Source of the DNA: the human T2T-CHM13v2.0 reference genome, Homo sapiens | Reading direction: 5' to 3' (one strand) | DNA length: 64,000 nucleotides | NCBI RefSeq assembly: GCF_009914755.1 | Contig: NC_060939.1 | In this document: one piece after another, positions 1 through 15,944 of the stretch | Layout of the letters: each line of letters opens with the position of its first letter | Numbering within the stretch: position 1 is the stretch's first letter | Position numbers and translations under genes: made by a program | The notes under the pieces: model-generated | What the model was told of the DNA's origin: nothing | Databases searched by the model: none | What the model saw: only the letters and a program-made list of their open reading frames with translations

Positions 1-108
1 ATTAGCCAGGTGTGGTGGTGGTGCCTGTAGTCCCAGCTACTCGAGAGGCTGAGGCAGGAGAATCGCTTGAACCCGGGAGGCAACAAACAAACAAACAAAA
101 CAAAAAAA
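1..108 (+). mobile_element. Alu right-arm fragment followed by (CAAA)n
   Basis: attagccaggtgtggtgg...gaacccgggaggc then A-rich tail; cut by window edge. Confidence 0.9.
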
Positions 109-244
109 CTACGCTATACAGCACAGAGGATAGAAATTAAGCCACCAAAGCTTCCAAGTAGTAGTGAGACTGTAACTTAAAGGAGGAGGAGGAGAAAGAA
201 CGGTGTGAGCCATAGTAAAACAAACTGCCATGGCTTTCACTTAC

Positions 245-340
245 ACACGCATCCTGGAGTGCTGACAGTCTGATCTGCCTGATAGCCATCGTCTATGTTG
301 TTGTAAGCCAGGAGTCTCACATGATATTTTCTTCTGGGGT
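245..340 (-). CDS. PRTG: Protogenin exon 12 (C-part of FN3-3), 96 nt
   Basis: GGTTTCTTTATAG acceptor; [32 protein letters not shown] completes the L-D-P-x-x-x-Y FN3 motif begun in exon 11; donor TGT|GTAAGT; not in ORF track. Confidence 0.94.
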
Positions 341-1024
341 CTATAAAGAAACCAATAGGAAATAATTAGGACCAGGTCTCTAGATCTGAGCAAAGGTTCT
401 GAATGAAGCCTTTATAGATTTTGGTTTAAAAACCTGCTGAATGCATAAAAGTTCTCAGTAATATAAAATTACTGCTCATTGACTCAGCAATCCACCTTCG
501 TATGACACTGCTATTGTGACTATCTACCAATAATTTACAATTTTACTTTACTTAATCTAATTTCAAACAATAATACTACCACAACCACTTCTTCTCCTTT
601 CTCTCCTCTTCCTTATCCTCTTCCTTAAGTGGCAGATAGATTCTTGATTTTAAAAGCCTTCAGTTTGCTTGATGGATCACTTGCAAGAGGTTACACTTTG
701 TAGAAGTTTTTCGTTTAAGCAGTTATATTTGAGGGCCGTTTACTTCAAAGTATGGAAATCAAACTGAGATTGTTTTATTCCAAAAAGTTAAAGAAAATTA
801 CAATTGTCATTCTTTAGTACCTTTGAAAACTTATATAACCATGTTTTGTTTAAGTTTTAAGTTTAAATGTGTCCTTTCTACAAACCTACATTCTCAAGTG
901 CGAACTTCACCAAGAAAGATGAGTTGGAGCTCCCTCTACTGGTGTTTATTAACTATCACGATACTAAAACTAAAGTCCATCTAATACACCCTAAAACAAT
1001 TTTTTTCAGGGCTTTGAAAAAATA

Positions 1025-1335
<311 letters not shown>

Positions 1336-1466
1336 TAGTTATACATTTCAACTCACATAATTTAAGAAATAATCAAGAAGTTTAATAATAAAAATACATT
1401 TAAGTTAACTGTTTATGATGACATTTAAATACAGAATACTTGCTCAGGGCAAAAATATACAACTCA

Positions 1467-1747
1467 GGCTGGGTGCAGTGGCTCATGCCTGCAATCCCAG
1501 CACTTTGGGAGGCCGAGGCGGGTGGGTCACCCGAGGTCGGGAGTTCGAGATGAGCCCTGCCAACATGGTGAAACCCCATCTCTACTAAAAATACAAAAAT
1601 TAGCCGGACGTGATGGCACATGCCAGTAATCCCAGCTACTTGAGGAGACTAAGACAGGAGAATCGCTTGCAGTGAGCCAATATTGTACCACTGCACTCCA
1701 GCCTGGGTAACAGAGCAAAACTCCATCTCAAAAAAAAAAAAAAAAAA
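1467..1747 (+). mobile_element. AluS with right-arm internal deletion
   Basis: Alu consensus; aatcgcttg joined directly to cagtgag; TSD atacaactca. Confidence 0.9.
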
Positions 1748-1937
1748 GGATACAACTCAAAAATAATATATTCGTCTATTATACTTCTCTAAATAATAAA
1801 AAACACAAATAAATTCAACACTTCATAAGGGAAAACAGTAATCCTTAATAGATATAACCAATCTGGAAAACGACGTGAAATTAAAGGTTAAAAATAATTC
1901 TAGAGTGAATCCAAACATTTAAAAATCTAAAAATAGA

Positions 1938-2225
1938 GGATGGGTGCAGTAACTCACACCTGTAACCCCACTACTTTGGGAAGTAGAGGACAGGAGTTTA
2001 AGACTAGCCTGGGCAATATAGCAAGATCGCATCTCTATAAAAAATAAAATAAAAATTAGCTTGGTGTGGTGGTGCATGCCATAGTCCCAGCTGCTCAGGA
2101 GGCTAAAGCAGGAGGACCAGTTGAGCCCAGGAGGTGGAGACTGTGGTGAGTTATGACTGTGCTACCGTACTCCAGCCTGGGCAACAGAACAATGCCCCAT
2201 CTCTCAAATAAACTAACTAAATAAA
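1938..2225 (+). mobile_element. AluJ
   Basis: Diverged Alu, gagcccaggagg J-type motif. Confidence 0.85.
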
Positions 2226-2566
2226 ATTCCAGAATAAAATATAAAGTTTATAAAACTCTCCAAAGTAGTATGTTTGTATAAATATTTTAGAAACTGATAT
2301 TTTCTAATATTTAATATTAAAATTCATTGAAAGAATGTTCTAAATATTTTCATTTCCATTTGTCTTTTCAAAAAACCACAAGATGAAAAATTTCTGAGAC
2401 TTAGAAAACTTCTAACCTTTCTAGATAGAAAGGTAAGAAGACTAACCTAGCATTTGACTATCCTATAGAAAATGTCTTTTGGATACATCCTCTTATTTGA
2501 CTATCAGAAAACACCATAAGGTAGATGTTATATCCATTTTATGTGTAAGCTGTGATACCAATGTTT

Positions 2567-2854
2567 CTTTTGTTTGTTTTCTGAGAGAGGGTCTTACTCT
2601 GTTGCCCAGGCTGGAGTGCAGTGATGCAGTTATAGCTCACTGCAGCCTCAAACTCCTGAGCTCAGATGATCTTCCCACCTCAGCCTCTCGAGTAGCTGAG
2701 ACTACAGGTGCACACCACCACACCTGGCATTTTTTGTAGAGACAAGGACTCAACATATTGCCCAGGCTGGTGTCCAACTCCTGCACTCAAGCTATCTGCC
2801 CGCCTTGGCCTCCCGAAGTGCTGGGATTACAGGAATGAGCCACTGCAGCAGGCC
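2567..2854 (-). mobile_element. AluJ
   Basis: Reverse-complement Alu with ctcaaactcctgagctc. Confidence 0.85.
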
Positions 2855-2995
2855 TTCAAAGGTGTTAAGGAGAATGTCCAATATACATGAAGCTGAACCA
2901 AGAACTTGTTATTTCCGTGACAAAGTACAAGACCTCTAAATTTACACAAATACATGTGCCTCTGTCAAAAGAAGTTTGTCTCCTAATAATAATGA

Positions 2996-3269
2996 TTTTT
3001 TTTTTCTTTTTGGACACTGGGTCTCACTCTGCTGCCCAGGCTGGACAACAGTGGTGCAATCATGGCTCATTGCAGCCTTCACTTACCTGGGCTCAGGTAA
3101 TCCTCCTACCTTAGCCCCCCAAGTAGCTGGGACTGCAGGCACACACCACCACACCTGGCTAATTTCCCCATGTTGGTCAGGCTGGTTTTGAACTCCTAGC
3201 CTCAAGCAATCCACCTACCTTGGCCTCACAAAGTGCTGGGATTACAGGTGTGAGCCAGCACGCCCAGCT
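2996..3269 (-). mobile_element. AluJ (internally deleted)
   Basis: Reverse-complement Alu; linker region shortened. Confidence 0.85.
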
Positions 3270-4284
3270 GAAAAATACTTCTTCATTCTGTCTCTACTTA
3301 ATTAGAAGAGGGTCTTTAGGAAAGCCTCCAGAATATAAAGGTATTGTGCCAGAATACAGGAGATACAGAAAAGGAAGGATAGGACAGATGTGTCCTCAAA
3401 GTAGATCATGTTCTCCACAGGGGGCCAGATATGAATACAGCTATTTCACAGAGAAAGCTCATTTTGATGAGGGTTATGAGTGTAGGTGGAGAGATAATCT
3501 TTTTTCTACCATGCAAACAACTTCAATCAATACTGCATGAATACATTCCTGGAATGGTTCCATTTGTTAGCCCTAAAATTGATTCTTCAAGTTTTCCCTT
3601 CTTCCTTTTTAAAAAAATAAACTTCTTATACTAAATTTTAAACCCAGAATTAAACTTTTCTGTTGGTCAGACAGAAACAGCTTATGTGTCCCAAAGAGAT
3701 CAGAGAACCGAGTTGCTCCTTTAATGCCCCAAGCACTTGGCTACTGCCCACTCAGGACAGACTCACATAAGCCCCATGAAAGGAAGAGCAGTTCCCCGTC
3801 TCCTATGTGGAAATCATCAGGGAGTAACTGTCTCAAGGACCAGGTTCCTTCCCATGTTATATCAGGCGTACAAGATCCTTTCTATCCAAATAGAAAAGTT
3901 TAAAATACACACACACTCCCAGAATAAATTCTGGAAATTATTTTACTAGAAAAAAGATTATAGGACATAGGACATACTATATGGAAAAAATAAAGGAGTG
4001 AGAAACCCCACTTACATTTTTCATAAGTGAACTACTCTTTATGTTGTCCTGTGAACCATTTTTAAAACTATAAAGTACCAGGTTAGGGGCAAAGCTGAGC
4101 AGCGGACAATGTGGATTTACCACACCTTCCTCTTTAGCTTTAACAAATTTGCCTTTGATCTCAAAATCTAGTCATAATATTATTTTGGTTTATTAATCCA
4201 GAGACCCTGGAATATCCTGGTTCATTCTTGTTCATTAATTTTTCAGAAATTTGACTTCATGTTTGTAAATTTAAGAGTGGAAGG

Positions 4285-4707
<423 letters not shown>

Positions 4708-5139
4708 TTAACAGAACTAAGGATATAGGGTAAAAAACAGAGTTTAGGACCAATATGTTAAATACACGTAAATACACAAAGAATGAACCTCAGCATAAGC
4801 AGCAAAAGTCAAGTCCTAAAACTTCATAGTTCTGCAAAGACCCTCCAACGCCTATGGGACAAACCAGAGACCAGGGCCAACACTGTAAAATGCCACAGGG
4901 AACCAGTCCCAAGGCCTGTTTCAGCCCTTCTTGTGTTAAGCACTGCCACGTATGTAGTGCTTGGTTACATGAGACTCAGCGGACTTAGGCTATGTGGTTT
5001 TTGGGGGAAAACAGCAGAGTTAGAAAGAACAGCCACAAACAGGGCAGGCCTCCTCAAAGCCCAGAAAGGGAAGGAGGAGAAAGGGAAGACAGGGAGAAGT
5101 TGGTTCTAGTTTGTTCAAAACTCAACACAAGGTGCATAA

Positions 5140-5778
<639 letters not shown>

Positions 5779-6166
5779 TCACTCCTCAATTCTTAATGGT
5801 TCTGGGGTGATGGCTCAAATGGGTAATATTTGAATTTAGGGTTAAACTTGCTTAAAGATTTAGCAATATATAAAGATGAAGGGTTAGGAAAGAAAGCTCA
5901 AATTAATCTAACACAAATTTGATTCATAACAGTACAGCTCTGAACTGTCAGCTTACATTTACATTTTGTCCCTAGCCAAATGTACTTTTCTTTTATTAGG
6001 GAGTCACCCTTTGGCCCAAAAATGAACATCTTCCTGACACACTGCTATGGCTGTACTCTCCATCTTCTCCCTGCTGTCCCTAGGACTGGTCTAACCCTCC
6101 TTCCAACCTGATTCATTCTCATCACCAGCTCTTCTACTTGGATTATTAGTCACATAAAGAAGAGTC

Positions 6167-6446
6167 AGGCTGGACATGGTGGCTCATGCCTGTAATCCCA
6201 GCATTTTGGGAGGCCGAGGCAGGTGGATCACTTGAGACCAGCTTGGCCAACATGGTGAAACCCCATCTCCACTCAAAGAAAAAGGAATAGCCGGGCGTGG
6301 TGGTGGGCGCCTGTAATCCTAGCTACTTGGGAAGCTGAGGCAGAAGAATCGCTTGAACCCAGGAGGCAGCTGTTGCATGAGCCGAGATCACGCCATTGCA
6401 CTCCAGTCTGGATGACAAGAGTGAAACTCCGTCTCAAAATAAAAAA
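6167..6446 (+). mobile_element. AluS
   Basis: Alu consensus; TSD gaagagtca. Confidence 0.9.
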
Positions 6447-7972
6447 GGAAGAGTCAGAGCCAGAAGTCTGGCTGGCTAAGAAAGAGTTCACAGGTATCAA
6501 TAAACATTTATCAAGAGCCCACCAAAAGTCAGGCACTGCATGAGAGACTCAAGGACTAGAAAGACGCAAATTTTACTTTAAATTTCAATCTACCAAACAG
6601 GCTGATAAATGAATATTCTATCTGTAGGTATTATTTACCCCTAACAGTTGTATAGACTTGAGCAAGTTTCTTTCTTTTCTAAGCCTCATTTATTTTGACT
6701 TGGAAGATGGAAATGTAACAGGACGTCTCTGATAGGGATTTTAAGAATATTAAATGAAATCATGCCTATGAAGTACTTTGTAGAGTTCCTATAATTAATA
6801 AACACACAATAAATACTATATTGTTGCCATGTGAGTAAAGGTGCCTGGGAGAAAAGGTAGTATCAAAAATATGGCAAACTTAACACATTTTGGAATCAAC
6901 TTTGTGAAAGCTTATGGATATCAAAGATCTCTGTTCGTTCATACAAACAAGATCTAGAGAACAGAATATCCGCAAATTAGCAATTGGCAAATACTGAAGC
7001 TCAGTTTAACCACTCTCTGTTCTCCCTAATATTCTCTGGTGTATAGAGCAGGCAGACAAAGGTTCCCAAGTGTGTGTTGGCTTGCGTATACTATTGAAAC
7101 AACTGTGTTTTGTGTTTGTGGCCACTAAGAATGCTTGCTGCTTTGGCAACCATGTCACATGGTATATATTCCTTCCAGTGGTATATCTACCTTTACCCAC
7201 ATCTTCCATATTGATCTAATAATCTCTCATCTGCCAACAAAGAAATGGCCCTAATGATGATAAATGCTTTGGAAAACAATAAATTCCTTTTGTAGTGGAA
7301 GAACAGTAAGTCATTTCATTAAAGGGAAATCTGGAAGAATTTGAGGGCAAGTATTAGAAACAGCAAGCACATGGACCCAAAAATTAATTCAATCTGTTAT
7401 TAATAATTATATCCCATTTTTACAATGAGGTGTTTCTTATCCTCAATGACCAGACTCAGAACAAGACAAAGGCCTATAAAATGAGACTCTCTAATGCCAA
7501 AATCTTTTAAAGTTGTACTCGTCAACAACTTGCTTAATTCCATTCTAACTGCATATGATCTAACAATAATAATGCATTAACTGTATCTCTGTGCAACACC
7601 TTAAGTAACCTACACTGAAACATATTTCTAAACACCACACAACAAAAAACCCCATGCCTTCGTCCGGCATTTTACTTGAAAAACTTGCATTTCTGTTCTC
7701 CATCACTAGATGGCATCTGTGTACCTGTTAGGAGAGTGATGACCCACTCATCCAGGTGCTGAGGTTGGGAGATATTCAGAAAACAGCTGAATTCTAGTAT
7801 CTGAGTATCTGATGAATGAACAAATCAAAACAGTTATGCATGAACTATGGCAATTGCTTAAGTTTCACCAAATGAAAGTCCTGATGAAATAGCAGTAAAA
7901 AGAAGGGCTATCTTGGATAAGTATTTGCCATACCTATAAATATTTCATATAAACTTCAAAAACCTCTGTATT

Positions 7973-8280
7973 GGCCGGGCACGGTGGCTCACACCTGTAA
8001 TCCCAGCACTTTGGGAGGCCAAGGCGGGCGGATTATGACGTCAGGAGTTTGAGACCAGCCTGGCCAATATGGTGAAACCCCGTCTCTACTAAAAATACAA
8101 AAATTAGCCGGGCGTGGTGATACGTGCCTACAGTCCCAGCTACACGGGAGGCCAAGGCAGAAGAATCACTTGAACCCAGGAGGCGGAGGTTGCAGAGACC
8201 CGAGATCACGCCACTGCACTCCAGACTGAGCAAGACTCCGTCTCAAAAAAAAAAAAGAAAAAAAACAAAAACAAAAAAAA
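7973..8280 (+). mobile_element. AluS
   Basis: Alu consensus; TSD cctctgtat. Confidence 0.9.
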
Positions 8281-8384
8281 CCCCTCTGTATCAGTTTTGC
8301 TTCCATGTCCTCTACAGTGAGTGGATGCTGAGCCAAATAGAAGACAACATTCCTAATGACTCAGTGCTACTAAGAAGCTAAGAG

Positions 8385-8610
8385 ACAGCCTAGCATAGTG
8401 GTTAAGAGCTGGGATATTAAACCCAGGCTGACTGGAATTCCAACACTAGCTTGGTCATTACTATGAAACTTGGAGAAGTTATTTTTTCTCTCTGTACCTT
8501 GGTTACAATCACCTGTAAAATGGGTATGACAATGATAACAGCATCCATCTCATGAGATGTTGGGGAGGGAAAATAATTTAATTCACATGAAGTGCTTTAA
8601 AAGAGGGCTT
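8385..8610 (+). mobile_element. MIR
   Basis: cagcctagcatagtggttaagagc...ctgtaaaatgggtatgacaat MIR core. Confidence 0.75.
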
Positions 8611-8661
8611 GAGTATAACAACAACAACAATAGTAATATACTAATAAAAATATCAATAGTA

Positions 8662-8975
8662 GTGGGGCACGGTGGCTCACACCTGTAATCCTAGCACTTT
8701 GGGGGGCCAAGGCGGGTGGATCAGTTGAGGCCATGAGTTAGAGACCAGCCTAGCTAACATGGTGAAACTCCATCTCTACTAAAAATACAAAAATTAGCCA
8801 CGTGTGGTGGTGAGCACACAAAGAAAGTAATTCCAGCTACTCGGGTGGCTGAGGCACAAGAATCGCTTCAAACTGGGAGGTGGAAGTTGAAGTGAGCTGA
8901 GATTGGGTCACTGCACTCCGGCCTGGGAGACAGAGCGAGACTCAGTCTCAATAAATAAATAAATAAATAAATAAA
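8662..8975 (+). mobile_element. AluS with (AAAT)n tail
   Basis: Alu consensus. Confidence 0.88.
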
Positions 8976-9828
8976 TAGTAATAATATAATTGCTATTAGC
9001 ATCCTATGATTCCTAATCCCTGCTCCCTCTCATGTACAAGTGCAGGGTGGTGTAGTAATTGAACAACAGACTCCATAACCACACTACTTGGGTTTTGGGT
9101 TTGAATCAAGTTTCGTCATCTATAAAATGTGGATTAAATGAGTTTATATTTGTAAAATGTTTAGAAAAACATCATAGGTGTCTTTTAGTGCTAAATGACT
9201 AAATTTAAGGGAGAAAGCTGGTTTGGGAATTTGGAGATTTGGATATAAATCTTAGATTAACACGCTGTGTGGCTATGAAAGTTGCTCAGTCTGGTGGAGT
9301 TCAGTTTTCTCATCTGTACGATTAGAAAGCTGACACGTTTGTCAGTGTTCTCAAATTTCTTTAGATAACAACCTATTGGGGAGCTAAGACAAAAAAGGGT
9401 AAATATAAGTACCATCTAAGATAGGAATAACCGCTGCAAAAGAGATGTGTTAAACTCTAAGGGCATTCACAAGAGAGAACGATTACCACTTACTTGGAGA
9501 GTGGGCAGGGCTTCACAGACGAGGTGGCATTTGAGCAGAACTTGACCCTACAAGAAGCATGGGGAAGAAGAGATCTAGGCCAAGGGAAGAGTATAAGCAA
9601 AGGTGTGGAGAGAGGAGCACATTCTCCCTGAGAGAAGTCACAGGGAGGAATTCAGATTTGCAGCAGTAAAGGGTATTTTATGGGGGAGGGTCACACAGAA
9701 AAGTGAGGCTGGGGACAGATCACACAGAGCTTTGAGAGCCATTGTGGATTTTATTAAATATACATGGAAGGCAGATGACTAAACGGAACTGTTGAGAGAA
9801 GAGACTAAGGAGTAAGAAAGTACCAAGT

Positions 9829-10151
<323 letters not shown>

Positions 10152-12586
10152 TCAGGTCAACCAACAGAAATGGAAGAGGACATGCTTGGCAGAGGGTTGT
10201 CCTTCAGTTCCAAGTCTGTGCTTTTGGGCCTATTTTGTAAAACAGGGGCCCTATATCACTAATGTTTGAGAAATCAGATAGCAAATAGTAAGAGTATGTG
10301 TAAAAGAGTACCTTCCAAAGAATGGCATCCACTCCTACAAAGTGGCTTGAAACCTTTCCCCCCGCCCCCACAACTTCTTGGTTAAGTTATCTCTGAAACA
10401 GGCCCTGAATAAATGGGAGATATGAATACATACATTCAACCTACGCAAATGTCCAGTAGAACAAAAGCAGAATAATCAGATATATAAACGTTAGGTAGTA
10501 AATTAATTTTACTTTAAGGAGAACACATTCAAGAATTCCAATCCTGCTGCCTTTTGATCATTGCTTTACTCTTACACTTCAAGACCCAAGGCAAAAGCTA
10601 AAAAGCTCGCTGAGTAGGAAGCTTCTATACCATACCTTCCCCCCAATACCATGAAGAGTAAGTACTGCCTGATTGAAGATGAACTAAGATAGTAAAACCG
10701 ATGGACATCAAATTCAAACTTTATGGACTCTTTGTTGTAATACTAACAGGTTTGTTCCCTGGAAAATGCATAAGAAAAAACAATCATTTCAAAGTACTGG
10801 GCTGTGGATCAACAATAAGAGATAATATTTGGGTCATGAAAACTAGGTCTTTGTTGCTTTCAGGTGATGTTTGTTTCTGAGGCTCCAGAAGCCTTGAAAA
10901 GAGCCAGGTCAGAGCAAGCAGGTCGGGGTTAGATAAAATTAAGAGAAAACCTGAGGTCAAGAACATGAGAAAACTTTTCCCCCAAAGGAGTGACTCCACC
11001 TCCAACACTATTTCTAAAATTCAGCTCTGGTGAAGACTTAGAGAGTTTTATTTCCCATCCTTCTATGGAAATTCTCAAGTAGGGGGAAAAAATCCTCCTA
11101 CGACCAAAGGAAGATAAAGCAATTACATCTACTTTAGGAATGCCCTCTGCCACTTTTCAATTTACACACAGGAACATGCTGGGGTGGCCTAATAAAATGC
11201 ATAAAGAAAATAAAAAAGCATTATTTGAAAATGACTATGTACAACTTTAAATTGTTTACTTAAAATGCTGCTATAGAAAAGCTTTGCTATAGTAGCAACA
11301 AAGTGTCACAATTAACACAGCTTCAAAGCATTAAAAATCGTCGAATTAGAATATATATGCAAAAGTAGGTAGCAATCAGAAAATATGCTGATATAACGTC
11401 AGGATATGCCTAATGTATATCCTGATATAACGTCAGGATATGCCTGTAGGAATGATCAGAATAAGTAGGTAGGAAATGATCAGAATAAGTAAGAAAGGTG
11501 AAAGTCTGAAGGATGAAACCTAGTGTCTAGCCAAATGTCCATTTTTAATTTAATCTTTTGTGCTACAAGGTTTTGTGTGAGCCTTTTCAGGCCCATTGTT
11601 CCCCTGCAGTCCAACTGGAGAGCTCCTTGGTCTGGCTAGCCAGGGTGACTGCACTGCCCCCAAGCCTGTCCCTTCGACACAATACCCCCCATATAATTAT
11701 TCAGAGAAGAGGCCAGCGGTACGGCCTGCTCTGACACCTGGGTCATGGCCTCTGACATAGAATCTGGGGCCAGCTCAAGTCTGGCCCAGCAGCAGAGGAG
11801 CAGGAAAAACGCTAAGGGGGATGGGTGGGAAAGGGAGCCGAGTGAAACGCTACGATAAAATGCTATGTGTAAGCACAGTAACAAAAACACAAATCACATT
11901 TGCACAATGCGATCTGCCTTCAAGTTTTCCAAATGTAAGACTACAGTGTTTCTCCAATTGAAATCACACCGAGATGAGGGGAGCAGATCTCTAAGACAGA
12001 ATTCTTTGTCTCATATCGTCAAACTTGTGTTAGAATGGAAAACGTTAATTCATGATGATTAAAATAATATCTTACATGAAGGTACTAGTATGCTGATTTA
12101 AAAACAGGTTTTTAGCTAAAAGAATGTAAACTTTAAGCCTAGATTAAAAATTCATTCTCCATTTATAAACTGAATTTCTAAAAGGGATTGTTAATCAGAA
12201 ACATTTTTCACTTTGTTTGCATTATAAATTTAAAGGAATTCTCTTTAATGATGACTATGTCAAAATGTTATAAATTTGTTGTATGATAATATATAGAAGA
12301 TTTGAGTATAAAATAGACAGAACGGCAGATGGAGGGGTCAGTCCTTCACTTCTCAAACTTTCCCTGTGTATTCTATATACAGCTTTCATGGAAGCTGACC
12401 GGTAGAGTACTTGTCTAAACCTGAAATGATACACTCTTTTGTTTTGCTCCCACCCCCCATAGGGTCTTAAGACAAATAACACCTCTCACTCCCAGTAAAA
12501 ACATCCCCTCTCCTACTGAGTTTAGAATAATTTAGAGGAAAGTTCTTTGTACGTGTCATTTGAGAATCAGTTTCCTACCAAAATAA

Positions 12587-12909
<323 letters not shown>

Positions 12910-14740
12910 AGATAATTTCTATGTTTAAAACCTCCCCCAAATGACTGGGATTGTTTTGTAAACTTCAGAAGCATAAGGCTTTCCCAGTTATGTTGTGTTC
13001 ACTAATGTTTTGATCCTGTTATTCCTTTTTTGATCATGTAATTTCATTTTTAATTGTCCATCAGGCTTTTAAGAATTCTTTTAAAAACATTTTTTATTTT
13101 TTGACAAATGTATTACCTTAGGATGTCTAGATAAGAAATATTTAGAGTTGAAGATTTCTACCTGAACTTTGCTATAAGTGAATCTGATTTACATTCAAAC
13201 ACTGAAAAACTAATACGAAAGTGAGATTGGAAGGTCCCACAAACATGGTTTTTGATCTTCTACGTACTTCTCTAATGGAAGACTTTTCCTTTTGTGAATC
13301 ACTGTGGAAGAAAGGAACCTCACTGGCCCAATTTGGTAAGATGAGTCTCTCCACTGCACTACCAATTAATGGAAATATGGTGAGGGTTGATATCTCCTTT
13401 GGTTAGGGAAGAGCAAAAGAAAAGAACACTTCAAAAGGACAGTGGCTTAACTGTCCCAGAATTTATAGTAGTTGTATATGAACCATATTATTAAGGCTAT
13501 GTCCACATATACCTACCCATATAACTTAAAAGCGGGTAAAATGGAGTGATCATTGATTATAAGTATGAAATTTATAATTCTAAAACAAAGTGTGTTAGAA
13601 TAGCGGTGTGTGTGCCGTATCCTGGGATAATTAAGGTATAAAATTTACAAAGGAAGTTTAAAGTTGTTACATCAGAAAATGAAATAAATTTGATTATGTT
13701 GACATTTCTATCAAAAACAATTGTTACACTAAAAGCATCCGAAGTAGAACACTTGACTCATGCTACTGTACTTGGCTTAGCATTTGTTTAAGTAGCTGCT
13801 CTGTCTGCCAACTCACATACACGGTCTGTCTCACATACATCATTGCCTTACAAACAATATTTTTATAGACTGACAGAGAGAGCCTATTCATGACAACCAA
13901 ACTTCCCCTGAAGCTATGAAATAAATTTCCTCCCAGGACTAATATTTTTCCGTTTCACTGTCGTGGGCTTGCCATGCCATTTTGACCCTTATGTGAAGCA
14001 ACATGAAAATATCATCTATCATCTCCTGAACCACAGTGACTTGGTCAGAGGTGCACAGTTTCATTGCAAAAACATCTGTAGTTTGATAACCATCCCTTCA
14101 AATCTCAACCCTCAGCAGTGAAAAACAAGCTTACAAAATGAGAAAGATGCAGATAGCTTGAAACCAATCTTAAATTCTTCTCAAGTGGGAAATGCAAGCT
14201 GGTAAATATCAGCTTCATCAATCACAGTGATAAAACCATGATTATTTATTTATGCCTTCTTTAAAACTCACAAGAAACAGTATGTTACAACAACTTATGT
14301 AAACTCACTGCAATAGATTTTAATGTTAGCAAATAAAAGAATTCTGGGAGTTCTTAGATCCAAGCAGCTGCATATTATTAATGTGTTAACTGGCTATAAA
14401 CAGTCTATTCAACCAGAAATTTTTTAGTTATTAAAAGACACTGAAGATGCTTAGGGGTACTGAAAGGTATTCAACATATCTTAAAATGGTTTTCAACACA
14501 TATGACACAGAACCTCAAACAAATTAAGCATATAGAATTAAACCAAAAAGATTTTCTGATAAATAAAACATTCAACAGATCTAGGTTTCTTATATTCAAT
14601 CTGAAATATATTATTATAAATATCAGTTTACAAACATTTCATGAATGAGTTATTCAGTTGTTTAAGGAAATAATTTCAGTTCAGAATATTTTTATATTAT
14701 GCACTCAGTTACAGAAACAGCCTTTAGTTCCTCAAGTGGG

Positions 14741-14838
14741 CTTTGGACAGTAAGAATAAGACAGAACTTTGGACAGTATGAACTTTAGACAGTATAAACT
14801 TTGGACAGTATGAACAGGCGGGCTCTGGACAGTATAAG
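14741..14838. repeat. 16-bp minisatellite (ctttggacagtatgaa), 3 tandem plus 2 flanking copies
   Basis: Units at 14767, 14783, 14799; degenerate copies at 14741 and 14823. Confidence 0.85.
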
Positions 14839-15149
14839 AAACTGATGTTCTGTGCCTTAATTTCTTAAGAGGCAAACTTATAGTATATACTGACTGATAC
14901 AACTTTTAAATATCCCCACATTCCTAGAGAATTTTTTTATAAGCAATTACTTCAGAAGTGCTGTTGTTTTAACCTTTCAGTGCCTAATCATTGTAAAACC
15001 ATTATCTAATTTGGAGATACTACAGACTAAAAATTGTCAGTACAAGAGTATAGGGCATTTTTAAACCTTTAAAATTAGTTATAGACATTTTAATGTATTT
15101 GCTTTATTTCTTATTCTTTTATTTGTGTGTGTACTTATACACATCTTTC

Positions 15150-15944
<795 letters not shown>

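Noticed and set aside
3220-3540. 106-aa plus-strand ORF
   Set aside because: Starts inside an antisense Alu at a non-ATG codon; no domain similarity recognised
13172-13406. Stand-alone ORFs 13172-13354 (-) and 13221-13406 (+) as genes
   Set aside because: Non-ATG starts and no recognisable homology; only the splice-site reading was kept as a finding
14741-14838. Repeat-spacer look of the 16-bp repeat (CRISPR-like)
   Set aside because: Human intron; units are mostly contiguous with no unique spacers and no cas genes
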